DNA of 64,000 nt from Bacillota bacterium (GCA_050261495.1 JBLNDI010000146.1:1357-65356); one strand, 5' to 3'; numbered from the stretch's first letter, positions 18,057 through 26,539 are shown. The notes: generated by a model not told the origin, from the letters alone. Numbers and translations are program-made.

Positions 18057-18356
18057 CTGAAAAAGAAGAAGATAAAAGAAGCAGCGGCGCTAAAATATTC
18101 GCCTGGAGAAAACGCGGCCCCTGAGATCGTTGCGCTTGGCAGGGGAGAGATAGCGGAGAAAATAATTGAAAAAGCCAGGGACAGCAATGTACCTCTGTAT
18201 GAAGATGCCGCGCTGGCCCACACGCTTAATTTTTTTAAAACAGGCAGTGAAATACCGCCGGAATTGTACGGGGTGGTGGCGCAAATACTGGTATTTGTCG
18301 GCAGGCTGGACGGCAAATTTAACGAGTCAAGGCTTTCCGGAGGCCGGTATGAATAA
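18057..18356 (+). CDS. FlhB C-terminal-domain-like protein (EscU/YscU/HrcU-family; YlqH-like). It is not in the supplied ORF track.
   Basis: The frame reads LKKKKIKEAAALKYSPGENAAPEIVALGRGEIAEKIIEKARDSNVPLYEDAALAHTLNFFKTGSEIPPELYGVVAQILVFVGRL. This aligns from memory with the FlhB region just after the NPTH cleavage site. The frame has no ATG/GTG/TTG near its 5' end. GGGAGG (18043-18048) sits 8 nt before a CTG at 18057. The stop overlaps the yraN start. Confidence 0.7.
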   Translation: MKKKKIKEAAALKYSPGENAAPEIVALGRGEIAEKIIEKARDSNVPLYEDAALAHTLNFFKTGSEIPPELYGVVAQILVFVGRLDGKFNESRLSGGRYE

Positions 18357-18717
18357 AAGGAATTACGGAACTGCCGGCGAAAATATTGCGGTCGATTATC
18401 TTGTTAAAAACGGCTTCACTATTCTTGAAAGAAACTACAGGCCGGGTAAACTGGGCGAAATAGACATTGTAGCCCAGGAAAACGAGTACATATGCTTCAT
18501 CGAGGTAAAAACCAGGACAAGCCGGCTTTTTGGAACCCCAGCCGAAGCAGTAGGTCACGCAAAAAGGGAAAAACTCAGAAGGCTGGCCTGGACTTACATT
18601 AAACACAGGAACCTTGGGGAAAGGAACATGAGGTTTGATGTCATAGAAGTCACCGGGAGTATTTCAGGCGGAATTTTCATACCAAGCCAAATAAACCTTA
18701 TAAGGAGTGCATTTTAG
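18349..18717 (+). CDS. yraN: YraN-family (UPF0102) endonuclease-like protein
   Basis: GENIAVDYLVKNGFTILERNYR...GEIDIVA...ICFIEVKTR is the UPF0102 signature. ATG at 18349. The ORF track over-extends to 18166. Confidence 0.88.
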   Translation: MNKRNYGTAGENIAVDYLVKNGFTILERNYRPGKLGEIDIVAQENEYICFIEVKTRTSRLFGTPAEAVGHAKREKLRRLAWTYIKHRNLGERNMRFDVIEVTGSISGGIFIPSQINLIRSAF

Positions 18718-19652
18718 TGATAATTGTAGACGCCCATTGTGATACGGCGTCAGTGGCGCTTGATCAAGGCGCGGACTTGTATGAAAACTCTTTGCATCTT
18801 GATTTAAAAAGGCTTCTCGCGACCGGCAAACGCGTACAGTTCTTTGCGGCGTTCGCAAACCCCGTAAAATACATGAACAGCGCACTTTCGCGCGTTTTAT
18901 CCGTTATTGATGCCGTATATGAAGCCGAGGATAAGTATAAGGATAAATTCATGGTCTGCCGCAATGCAAGGGATGTCGACCTGGCGCTTGACAGCGGGAA
19001 AGTTGCCGCATTGTTCTCTGTTGAGGGAGGCGAATGCCTGAACGGAGATCCGGCAATTCTGAGGCAGCTTTACAGGCTCGGCGTAAGGAGCATGCTTCTT
19101 ACTTGGAACAATCGCAACCTGCTGGCCGATGGGGCGGAAGAACCTATTGGGTCAGGCCTTTCGGCGTTCGGCAGAAAGGTGGTTGCCGAGATGGAAAGAC
19201 TGGGTATGATCGTGGATGTTTCACACCTTTGCGAAGCCAGTTTCAATGATGTCCTGGAAATATCCAGGAAACCTGTTATCGCTTCGCATTCTAATTCAAA
19301 AGCTATATGCAACAACGTGCGGAACCTTTCAGACCGCCAGCTTGCCGATATTAAAGCCAACGGGGGAGTGGTGGGAATCAATTTTTACCCCTGTTTTCTG
19401 AACAACACGGATAATGCCACGATTGACGATATCATCAGGCATATAGAACATATATGTTCCGTTGCCGGGGAGGACCACATAGGCATCGGTTCAGATTTCG
19501 ACGGAATAGAACCGACACCTCTGTCAATGGAAGGAACACAGTGCATTCCTGCCCTTTTTGAAAGGCTTGCCCAGTTAAATTACAGCAGTAATTTCATTGA
19601 GAAATTTGCCGGTTTGAATTTTTTAAGGGTTATAAGGCAAGTATTGAATTAG
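18717..19652 (+). CDS. Membrane-dipeptidase-family (peptidase M19) dipeptidase
   Basis: IIVDAHCDT, LFSVEGGE, LTWNNRN, DVSHL and SHSNS are renal-dipeptidase family motifs. GTG start. Confidence 0.85.
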   Translation: MIIVDAHCDTASVALDQGADLYENSLHLDLKRLLATGKRVQFFAAFANPVKYMNSALSRVLSVIDAVYEAEDKYKDKFMVCRNARDVDLALDSGKVAALFSVEGGECLNGDPAILRQLYRLGVRSMLLTWNNRNLLADGAEEPIGSGLSAFGRKVVAEMERLGMIVDVSHLCEASFNDVLEISRKPVIASHSNSKAICNNVRNLSDRQLADIKANGGVVGINFYPCFLNNTDNATIDDIIRHIEHICSVAGEDHIGIGSDFDGIEPTPLSMEGTQCIPALFERLAQLNYSSNFIEKFAGLNFLRVIRQVLN

Positions 19653-19791
19653 AGGTATCTGCTTTTCCATATCTACATGAGCATGGTCGGTGGATACGGA
19701 CAACTTATGAAATATTTTAAGCTGAAAGTTGCAATTTTATAATAAATATAATAAAATATCAGAAATACATTCAAACATGGAGGTCACTTAA

Positions 19792-21078
19792 ATGACTGAG
19801 TTTTCTAAGCTAAGCAGCAATGAGCTGAAAAATATGCTGGACTCTTTAAATATAACTTATGAAGGATTCGTCGCTCAAAACTTAAAATTGGACATGTCAA
19901 GAGGAAGACCCTGCGCCGAACAGCTTGATTTATCGATGGAAATGCTAAGTTTCCCGAGGACGCCGGAGGAATGCAAAACAGCCGCCGGAACGGACGTAAG
20001 GAATTATGGCCTGGTAGACGGCATTCCCGAGGCAAAGAAGCTTTTTGCCGAAATGCTGGAAGTCAGCCCGGAGGAAATTATAATAGGGGGAAATTCCAGC
20101 CTGAGCATGATGTATGATACCATAAGCCGTTGCATGACGTTCGGCGTTTATGGGGGCGACAGCCCGTGGAGCAGGCTGCCGAAGGTAAAATTTATATGCC
20201 CCAGCCCGGGGTATGACAGGCATTTTGCCATTACGGAGCTTTTCAATATCGAGATGATCACCGTGGATATGAAAGATGACGGCCCCGATATGGATGCCGT
20301 TGAGGATATTGTCGCATCAGACGAGCTTGTAAAAGGCATATGGTGTACTCCAAAGTACAGCAACCCTACAGGCATAACTTTTTCCGACGAGGTGGTCGAC
20401 AGGTTGGCCTCTATGAAAACTGCAGCGCCTGATTTCAGGATTTTCTGGGATAATGCTTACGCCGTGCACCACCTGACAGACCGCCCCGACCGGCTGAAAA
20501 ACATCATGGAAGCCTGCAAGCATGCAGGGAACCCAGACAGGGTGTATATTTTCTCTTCAACGTCAAAAATTACTTTTTCCGGAGCCGGCGTTGCCGTGAT
20601 GGCGGCAAGCAAAAATAACATATCCCAGGTTAAAAAGCTGTTGTCCATCAGGACTATCGGTCCTGATAAAATAAACCAGCTGAGGCATGTATGGTTCCTG
20701 AAGAATATGGACGGAATAAATGAGCATATGAAAAAGCATGCGGAAATATTAAGACCGAAATTCAATATGGTGCTTGATACGTTGGAGCGGATGCTCGGCG
20801 GGAAGAACATAGCATGGTGGAACAGGCCGAACGGGGGTTATTTCATCAGCCTGAACACTTTGCCCGGTTGCGCGTCGGCCAGCGTAAAAATGGCGCTCGA
20901 CGCGGGCGTGGTGTTTACTCCTGCGGGTGCGACATACCCTTACGGCAAGGATCCGCAAGACAGGAACATAAGGATTGCGCCTACATTGCCGCCGATAAAT
21001 GAATTAAAGACTGCCATGGAACTTCTTTGCACCTGTGTGCAGATTGTTTCAATAAGAAAAATGCTTGGAATTATATAA
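19792..21078 (+). CDS. PLP-dependent aminotransferase, class I/II fold (aspartate-aminotransferase-like)
   Basis: About 428 aa. SSTSKITFSGAGVA carries the PLP-lysine motif, and NPTG and FWDNAYAVH are also present. Confidence 0.8.
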   Translation: MTEFSKLSSNELKNMLDSLNITYEGFVAQNLKLDMSRGRPCAEQLDLSMEMLSFPRTPEECKTAAGTDVRNYGLVDGIPEAKKLFAEMLEVSPEEIIIGGNSSLSMMYDTISRCMTFGVYGGDSPWSRLPKVKFICPSPGYDRHFAITELFNIEMITVDMKDDGPDMDAVEDIVASDELVKGIWCTPKYSNPTGITFSDEVVDRLASMKTAAPDFRIFWDNAYAVHHLTDRPDRLKNIMEACKHAGNPDRVYIFSSTSKITFSGAGVAVMAASKNNISQVKKLLSIRTIGPDKINQLRHVWFLKNMDGINEHMKKHAEILRPKFNMVLDTLERMLGGKNIAWWNRPNGGYFISLNTLPGCASASVKMALDAGVVFTPAGATYPYGKDPQDRNIRIAPTLPPINELKTAMELLCTCVQIVSIRKMLGII

Positions 21079-21099
21079 ACCAGGCAATTTCAATATGCG

Positions 21100-21126
21100 A
21101 CGGGCCCATGGGGCCCGTTTTTTATT
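21100..21126 (+). terminator. Rho-independent terminator after the aminotransferase gene
   Basis: ACGGGCCC-atg-GGGCCCGT hairpin followed by TTTTTTATTTAT. Confidence 0.8.
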
Positions 21127-21174
21127 TATAGGCTTTAGCCTGTTGAGCATGAAGCGAATTTCTCAAAAGAGAAA

Positions 21175-21912
21175 TGAGCCATGCGAAACAATAAACCACC
21201 CGCTATGCGGGTGCGCGACAGACGTTATACAAAAAAGTCACATTTCCGTTAAAATAGAGTTGTTCAAGCTACTAAATTAACAAAAGGAAAGGTGACTTTA
21301 ATGGCAAACAAAGAAAACAGCTTAGCCCACACAAAATGGATGTGTAAATATCACATCGTATTCACTCCAAAGTATAGACGAAAAGTAATCTACAATCAAT
21401 ACAAGGAGAGTATACGAGAAATTATTAAGCAACTATGCAGTTATAAGGGTGTGGAAATATTAGAAGGGCATCTGATGCCAGACCATATCCACATGTTAGT
21501 AAGCATACCACCGAAACAAAGTGTATCAAGTTTCATGGGATATCTTAAAGGGAAGAGTGCATTAATGATATTCGACAAGCATGCAAACTTAAAGTACAAG
21601 TTTGGGAACCGACACTTTTGGGCGGAAGGGTATTATGTAAGTACGGTAGGACTTAATGAAGCAACCATTAGGAAATACATACAGGACCAGGAGAAACACG
21701 ATCAAATGGTTGATAAGTTAAGTGTAAAAGAATACGAGGACCCCTTTAAGGGGTAGCTGGTATTACGTTCGTCTCTTTAGAGGCGGCAAAAGTGGCAACG
21801 GCATAGTGGCTTGAACGATGTGAAAGCCAGCGTCTTTAGGCGCTGGCCGGTAACATCCCCTTATAGGGGTAGAGCAAACCACCCGTTTGACGGGTGGTTA
21901 TGATTTATCAGC
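21175..21912 (+). mobile_element. IS200-type insertion sequence (IS200/IS605 family, TnpA only). Boundaries are approximate.
   Basis: A single Y1 HuH transposase gene is flanked by subterminal hairpins that share AAACCACCCG. The left hairpin is CACCCGC-tat-GCGGGTG (21197-21213). The right hairpin is AACCACCCG-tttga-CGGGTGGTT (21877-21899). Extra hairpins lie at 21750-21870. Confidence 0.75.
21301..21756 (+). CDS. tnpA: IS200/IS605-family transposase TnpA (Y1 HuH)
   Basis: KYHIVFTPKYRRK, PDHIHMLVSIPP (HuH motif) and GYYVSTVG (catalytic Tyr). ATG at 21301 follows AAGGAAAGG. Confidence 0.93.
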   Translation: MANKENSLAHTKWMCKYHIVFTPKYRRKVIYNQYKESIREIIKQLCSYKGVEILEGHLMPDHIHMLVSIPPKQSVSSFMGYLKGKSALMIFDKHANLKYKFGNRHFWAEGYYVSTVGLNEATIRKYIQDQEKHDQMVDKLSVKEYEDPFKG

Positions 21913-22065
21913 TTTATGCCGGCTGTATTTTTCATATGTGAAAAATGTCGAAAATTTTTATGAATAATTAGGTATTTTTATATTGATTCGGATAGATAAA
22001 TCTTATAAAATTAGTAATGATGTAATTATGTGCTGCTATGCTTACGAAAATGAGGAGAGACAGGA

Positions 22066-22806
22066 ATGATAAACAAATACAGCAACGTGCCTTTGTATTC
22101 CCAGTTGAAACAGATAATCCTGGATAAAATCGCATCCGGAGAGTACCAGCAGGATTCCAAGATCCCGTCCGAGCAGGAACTTTGTGAACAGTATGACATC
22201 AGCAGGCCTACCGTAAGGCAGGCTATAAACGAGTTGACCAACAATGGACATTTATACAAGGAAAAAGGCAAGGGCACTTTTGTAGCCAGGATAAAAACAA
22301 AAATAGATATCAGGAATTTTACCGGCTTTACAGATTCCATCCTGGACAACCAGGATCCCGGGCAGCACAATATTATATCAATAAAATCCGTCAGCCAGGA
22401 TGAACATGCACTCCTGGGCAGATATTTCGAAACTTACAGCCATTCCAGGAGAAATGAATACGCGGAAATCAAGTACCTTGTTTCGGAAAAGGATAGCGTT
22501 TTATCCTACAACGTTTCATATATTCCTCTTTTCTTATTTCCTGAAATAATCGATGATATTAAAGCAAAGAAACCGTCCTATGATATCCTGAGAGGGAAGT
22601 ACCCGCTTTTGCCCGTAAGGTCCAAGAGTACGCTGGAGGTAGTATATACGGAGCAGGCGGAAGCCCAGTATCTCAAGGTACAGTCCGGGCATCCGCTGAT
22701 AAAGGTGGAGAATACGCTTTATTCGAAAAACGGGCAGGCTGTCGAGCTTATCATAGCAAAGTACCGTGCCGACAAATGCAGGCTGGTGTTCGAAAATAGC
22801 AAATGA
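22066..22806 (+). CDS. GntR-family transcriptional regulator, HutC/UTRA subfamily
   Basis: PLYSQLKQIILDKIASGEY...KIPSEQELCEQYDISRPTVRQAINELTNNGHLYKEKGKGTFV winged HTH plus a C-terminal UTRA-like domain. Confidence 0.88.
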   Translation: MINKYSNVPLYSQLKQIILDKIASGEYQQDSKIPSEQELCEQYDISRPTVRQAINELTNNGHLYKEKGKGTFVARIKTKIDIRNFTGFTDSILDNQDPGQHNIISIKSVSQDEHALLGRYFETYSHSRRNEYAEIKYLVSEKDSVLSYNVSYIPLFLFPEIIDDIKAKKPSYDILRGKYPLLPVRSKSTLEVVYTEQAEAQYLKVQSGHPLIKVENTLYSKNGQAVELIIAKYRADKCRLVFENSK

Positions 22807-23075
22807 GGACATAATACCGGTATCAAGCGGTATCCGGAATACCCATATATAATTATGCCCGGTCGGTAAAACTTGGCGGCCAGTATAATGGAGACCGGTT
22901 ATGATTTTCTGCAATAATCAAGAATAAACAGCAATAAATTGTCTAGGATATCCGGCTTTTCAATAATTGGCTTAATTTCGTCATATCAGAAGTTTTATAT
23001 TATCATCGCTATTCACTATAATTAATCAAGTATATTTAAAATTTATACTTAGTGCATGAAAGAAGATGGAATTAT

Positions 23076-24092
23076 ATGGAAAACGACAACAAACCTCCTC
23101 AATTGACCGTAGGTATTGCATATAATGTAAAAAAGGGAGTCGTTTCGGAGATAGAAGACATAGAAGCGGAATATGACTCGTATGAAACGATTGAATCCAT
23201 AAAAGAAGCACTTGAAGCTGCCGGCGCCAGGGTAGAACTCCTGGAAGCAAATGCCGGCTTTATTGATAGAGTAAAAGAAACCAAGGTTGACATAGTCTTC
23301 AATATTGCCGAAGGAACCGGAGGGAGAAGCAGGGAAGCACAAGTACCGGCGGTATTGGATTTTCTCGGGATACCTTGTTCCGGTTCGGATGCGGCTACCT
23401 TGTGCATTGCGCTTGACAAGGCGCTGACAAAAAGATATCTTTCCACATTCGGCATAACAACTCCTTCATACCAGCTTGTTAAATCACCGGACTTTCTGCC
23501 TGACACTACACTTAAATATCCGCTTATCGTCAAGCCGAATTACGAGGGTTCAAGCAAAGGCATATCGGATCTTGCCATAGTTAACAATGAAAAAGAATTG
23601 CTAAGACTGGTTGAAAAGAATTTCAAGCTTTATAAACAGCCGATGCTGATTGAGGAATATATCAGCGGGCGCGAGTTTACGGTTGGTTTGCTGGGGAACG
23701 GCGAAGATATGATAGTTTTTGAGCCGATGGAAATTTGTTATTTGAACAATGAACCGGAAAACAGGATATATAGCTATAATGTAAAAAGAAATTTCATGAA
23801 ATATATCAGGTATAGTTGTCCGCCTCTGCTGGATGCAGATACTGTCTGCAGCATGAAAGAAATAGCTGCCAAGATCTACAAGTCATTGGATTGCAAAGAT
23901 TTCGCAAGAATTGATTTCAGGCTTTCCGATGACGGAACGATTTATTTCATTGAAATAAATCCATTACCTGGGCTTGCACCAGGTTACAGCGATTATCCCA
24001 TGCTTGCGGAATTCTGCGGAATGAGTTATGGAACTCTTATAGCCAGCGTGTTAAAAAGCGCACTTAAAAGGTATGGAATGTACAAAGTGTAA
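23076..24092 (+). CDS. ATP-grasp ligase of the D-alanine--D-alanine-ligase family (substrates unknown)
   Basis: LIVKPNYEGSSKGI, IEEYISGREFTVGLLGN and ARIDFRLSDDGTIYFIEINPLPGL are Ddl-type ATP-grasp motifs. The start is either 23076 or 23052. Confidence 0.8.
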   Translation: MENDNKPPQLTVGIAYNVKKGVVSEIEDIEAEYDSYETIESIKEALEAAGARVELLEANAGFIDRVKETKVDIVFNIAEGTGGRSREAQVPAVLDFLGIPCSGSDAATLCIALDKALTKRYLSTFGITTPSYQLVKSPDFLPDTTLKYPLIVKPNYEGSSKGISDLAIVNNEKELLRLVEKNFKLYKQPMLIEEYISGREFTVGLLGNGEDMIVFEPMEICYLNNEPENRIYSYNVKRNFMKYIRYSCPPLLDADTVCSMKEIAAKIYKSLDCKDFARIDFRLSDDGTIYFIEINPLPGLAPGYSDYPMLAEFCGMSYGTLIASVLKSALKRYGMYKV

Positions 24093-24098
24093 TTTGAA

Positions 24099-25232
24099 AT
24101 GAGGCGGAATCAGGTGAATAATTATAAATATATTAAATTGTGGGAGAATATTGGTCCCGAGCAGTGGAATGATTGGAGATGGCAGGTAAAGAACAGGATA
24201 ACATCTGCTGAGCAGCTTGGTGAAATAATAGACATTAAGAATTCCGAAATCAAAGAAATAAAAAAATGCCTCGAACATTTCAGAATGGCAATAACTCCAT
24301 ATTATGCAATGCTCATTGATCCGTCCGATCCGTGCTGCCCGGTCAGGAAACAGGCAATTCCTTCAATCGAAGAACTAACCGTAAATGAATGTGATATGGA
24401 TGATCCCTTATCCGAGGAGCGGGATTCCCCGGTAAAAGGGATTGTGCACAGGTACCCGGACAGGGTGCTGTTCTTAGTAACACGGAAATGCTCCATGTAC
24501 TGCAGGCATTGCACCAGAAGAAGGGTCGTAGGGTGTGAGGATTATTCAATCAGCAGCAGGGAAATTGATGTGGCCATAGAATATATAAGGCAAAATAAAA
24601 AAATACGCGACGTGCTGATATCCGGCGGAGATCCCTTTGTGATGTCCGATAATTGGCTTGAAAATATAATTCGGAAACTTCGGGAAATACCGCACGTAGA
24701 GGTTGTCAGGATTGGTACGCGTACACCTGTGGTCCTGCCGATGCGCATTACCGACGAGCTTTTGAAAATGCTTCGCAAATATCAACCGATATGGATAAAT
24801 ACCCATTTTAACCATCCAAGAGAAATTACTGCCGAATCATCACAAGCGTGTGAAAAAATAATCGACGCTGGTATCCCGCTAGGCAATCAAAGCGTATTGC
24901 TTCGCGGTGTAAATGATAATGCGGAAATATTGAAGGAGCTTTTTACAAAACTCGTCAAGATAAGGGTCAGGCCTTATTATCTTTATCAGTGCGACATAGT
25001 GAAAGGAATAGGACATTTCAGGACTACTGTTTCTCAAGGCATTGAAATTATGAGTAGAGTAAGAGGCTATATCTCCGGTTATGCCGTGCCCACATTTGTA
25101 ATAGATGCTCCTGGCGGAGGAGGGAAGGTTCCGGTAAACCCGGAATATGTCGTAAGCATGGATGACAGGCAGGTGATTCTCAGGAATTACCTGGGCAATA
25201 TATATAAGTATCCTAACCATGTAGATTATTAA
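24099..25232 (+). CDS. KamA-family radical SAM lysine-2,3-aminomutase-like enzyme (short form, 377 aa)
   Basis: WNDWRWQVKNRI, MAITPYYAMLIDP, CSMYCRHCTRR (the CxxxCxxC cluster), LGNQSVLLRGVNDN, RPYYLYQCD and FVIDAPGGGGK (PLP Lys). The gene starts 6 nt after the ATP-grasp stop. Confidence 0.88.
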   Translation: MRRNQVNNYKYIKLWENIGPEQWNDWRWQVKNRITSAEQLGEIIDIKNSEIKEIKKCLEHFRMAITPYYAMLIDPSDPCCPVRKQAIPSIEELTVNECDMDDPLSEERDSPVKGIVHRYPDRVLFLVTRKCSMYCRHCTRRRVVGCEDYSISSREIDVAIEYIRQNKKIRDVLISGGDPFVMSDNWLENIIRKLREIPHVEVVRIGTRTPVVLPMRITDELLKMLRKYQPIWINTHFNHPREITAESSQACEKIIDAGIPLGNQSVLLRGVNDNAEILKELFTKLVKIRVRPYYLYQCDIVKGIGHFRTTVSQGIEIMSRVRGYISGYAVPTFVIDAPGGGGKVPVNPEYVVSMDDRQVILRNYLGNIYKYPNHVDY

Positions 25233-25387
25233 TGGTTTTAATATAATAGCATTAAAGGATTTGTGATTTGAGGATTATAGATTTAGATTATAGATTACGT
25301 CACGGCTGTCTTATAAGAATATGGGTTTGTTATATTATTGTTTTATATATGAAATTATTTAAAGAGGGGATTTGGCATTTTTTAAAT

Positions 25388-25423
25388 CCCAATTACGCGA
25401 AATATAAATTTCGCGTAATTGGG
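25388..25423. repeat. Perfect 16-bp inverted repeat (hairpin) CCCAATTACGCGAAAT-ataa-ATTTCGCGTAATTGGG
   Basis: Read directly from the sequence. No U-run follows on either strand, so it is not a canonical terminator. Confidence 0.8.
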
Positions 25424-25531
25424 AGGAGGTTCAGGATTGAAAAAATGCGCTGATTAGTATATTATTTTAAATAGAAATTGTGATGATAATGATTAATTAT
25501 ACAAATGATATAAAACGCGAGGAATTTACAA

Positions 25532-26539
25532 ATGAAAACAATTACGGATTTTGATATGCCACCCGTATTAAGCGATTATTTAAATTATATGCAAACTATT
25601 AAAGGAAAATCTCAAAACACCGTTAAGGTTTATTTTTATGATCTCAGGCTCTTCTTACGTTTTATGAAGGTTTATAGAAAAATTGCAGATAAAAATATTG
25701 ATTTTGATAATATTGATATTACAGATATCGATATATCCTTCATAAAATCAATTACATTAAGCGATCTGTACGCATTTATGTCATTTGTAAGCAACAGCCG
25801 CGATAATTCTTCATTTGCCCGCGCCAGAAAAGTTGCTTCATTAAAATCCTTTTTCAAATACCTTACGCTTAAGGCAAAACTGCTTGATGCAAACCCGGCC
25901 CAGGAGCTTGAATCTCCAAAAATACTCAAGAGATTGCCTAGATACCTAAATATCGACGAAAGCAAGCAGCTTTTGAATTCCGTTGATGGAACGTTTTCAG
26001 AACGGGATTATGCAATAATTACCATTTTTTTGAATTGTGGACTTCGATTATCGGAATTGGTCGGTATAAACCTTAATAATATAAAAGGAAACGTAATGAC
26101 GGTTATCGGGAAAGGCGGAAAAGAGCGCAGCATCCCCCTCAACAGCGCCTGTATGAAGGCATTGGAGTCATATATGAAAGTCCGTCCAGTGGATGGGGTT
26201 AGAGACCGGAACGCGCTTTTCCTAAGCAAGCGCAAGCAGCGTATCAGCAAGGAATTGGTCCAAAAAATTGTTAAAAAATATATCAAATCCGCGGGTCTTG
26301 ATCCCGAACGGTATTCCACGCACAAGCTGCGCCATACTGCCGCCACGCTGATGTATAAATACGGCAACGTGGATATAAGGTCCTTGCAGGAACTGCTTGG
26401 GCTTGTTAGTATTTCGACTACGCAGATTTACACGCACCTGGACGCAATACAGCTCAGGAATGCAGTCGAAAGCAACCCGCTTGCCGACTTCAGCAAAAAA
26501 GACAGCCAAGCGGAAAGGAACAATACCGGCGCATTATAG
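25532..26539 (+). CDS. Tyrosine recombinase / integrase of the XerC/XerD family (variant active site)
   Basis: N-terminal SAM-like core-binding domain. Catalytic residues are in GLRLSEL (Arg), GKGGKERSIPL (Lys), HKLRHTAAT (HxxR) and TTQIYTH (Tyr). The usual LLGH is LLGL. Confidence 0.85.
   Translation: MKTITDFDMPPVLSDYLNYMQTIKGKSQNTVKVYFYDLRLFLRFMKVYRKIADKNIDFDNIDITDIDISFIKSITLSDLYAFMSFVSNSRDNSSFARARKVASLKSFFKYLTLKAKLLDANPAQELESPKILKRLPRYLNIDESKQLLNSVDGTFSERDYAIITIFLNCGLRLSELVGINLNNIKGNVMTVIGKGGKERSIPLNSACMKALESYMKVRPVDGVRDRNALFLSKRKQRISKELVQKIVKKYIKSAGLDPERYSTHKLRHTAATLMYKYGNVDIRSLQELLGLVSISTTQIYTHLDAIQLRNAVESNPLADFSKKDSQAERNNTGAL

Noticed and set aside
18038-18133. The ATG at 18038 considered as the start of the FlhB-C-like gene, by frameshifting.
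   Set aside because: The ATG lies upstream of the only good RBS, is in a different frame and ends after 31 codons. A CTG start 8 nt after GGGAGG is the simpler explanation. A frameshift or sequencing error cannot be fully excluded.
21065-21280. A 71-aa ORF between the aminotransferase gene and tnpA.
   Set aside because: It runs through the terminator hairpin and the IS200 left-end hairpin. It has no RBS and is most likely non-coding.
22807-23051. A GntR operator or lysine riboswitch upstream of the ATP-grasp gene.
   Set aside because: Only a partial TGTCTAGGATA half-palindrome is visible, and there are no L-box-like conserved blocks. Support is insufficient.
25268-25453. A 61-aa ORF in the intergenic region upstream of the recombinase gene.
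   Set aside because: It starts with TTG, has no RBS and spans the direct repeats and the perfect palindrome. Its composition is implausible for a protein.
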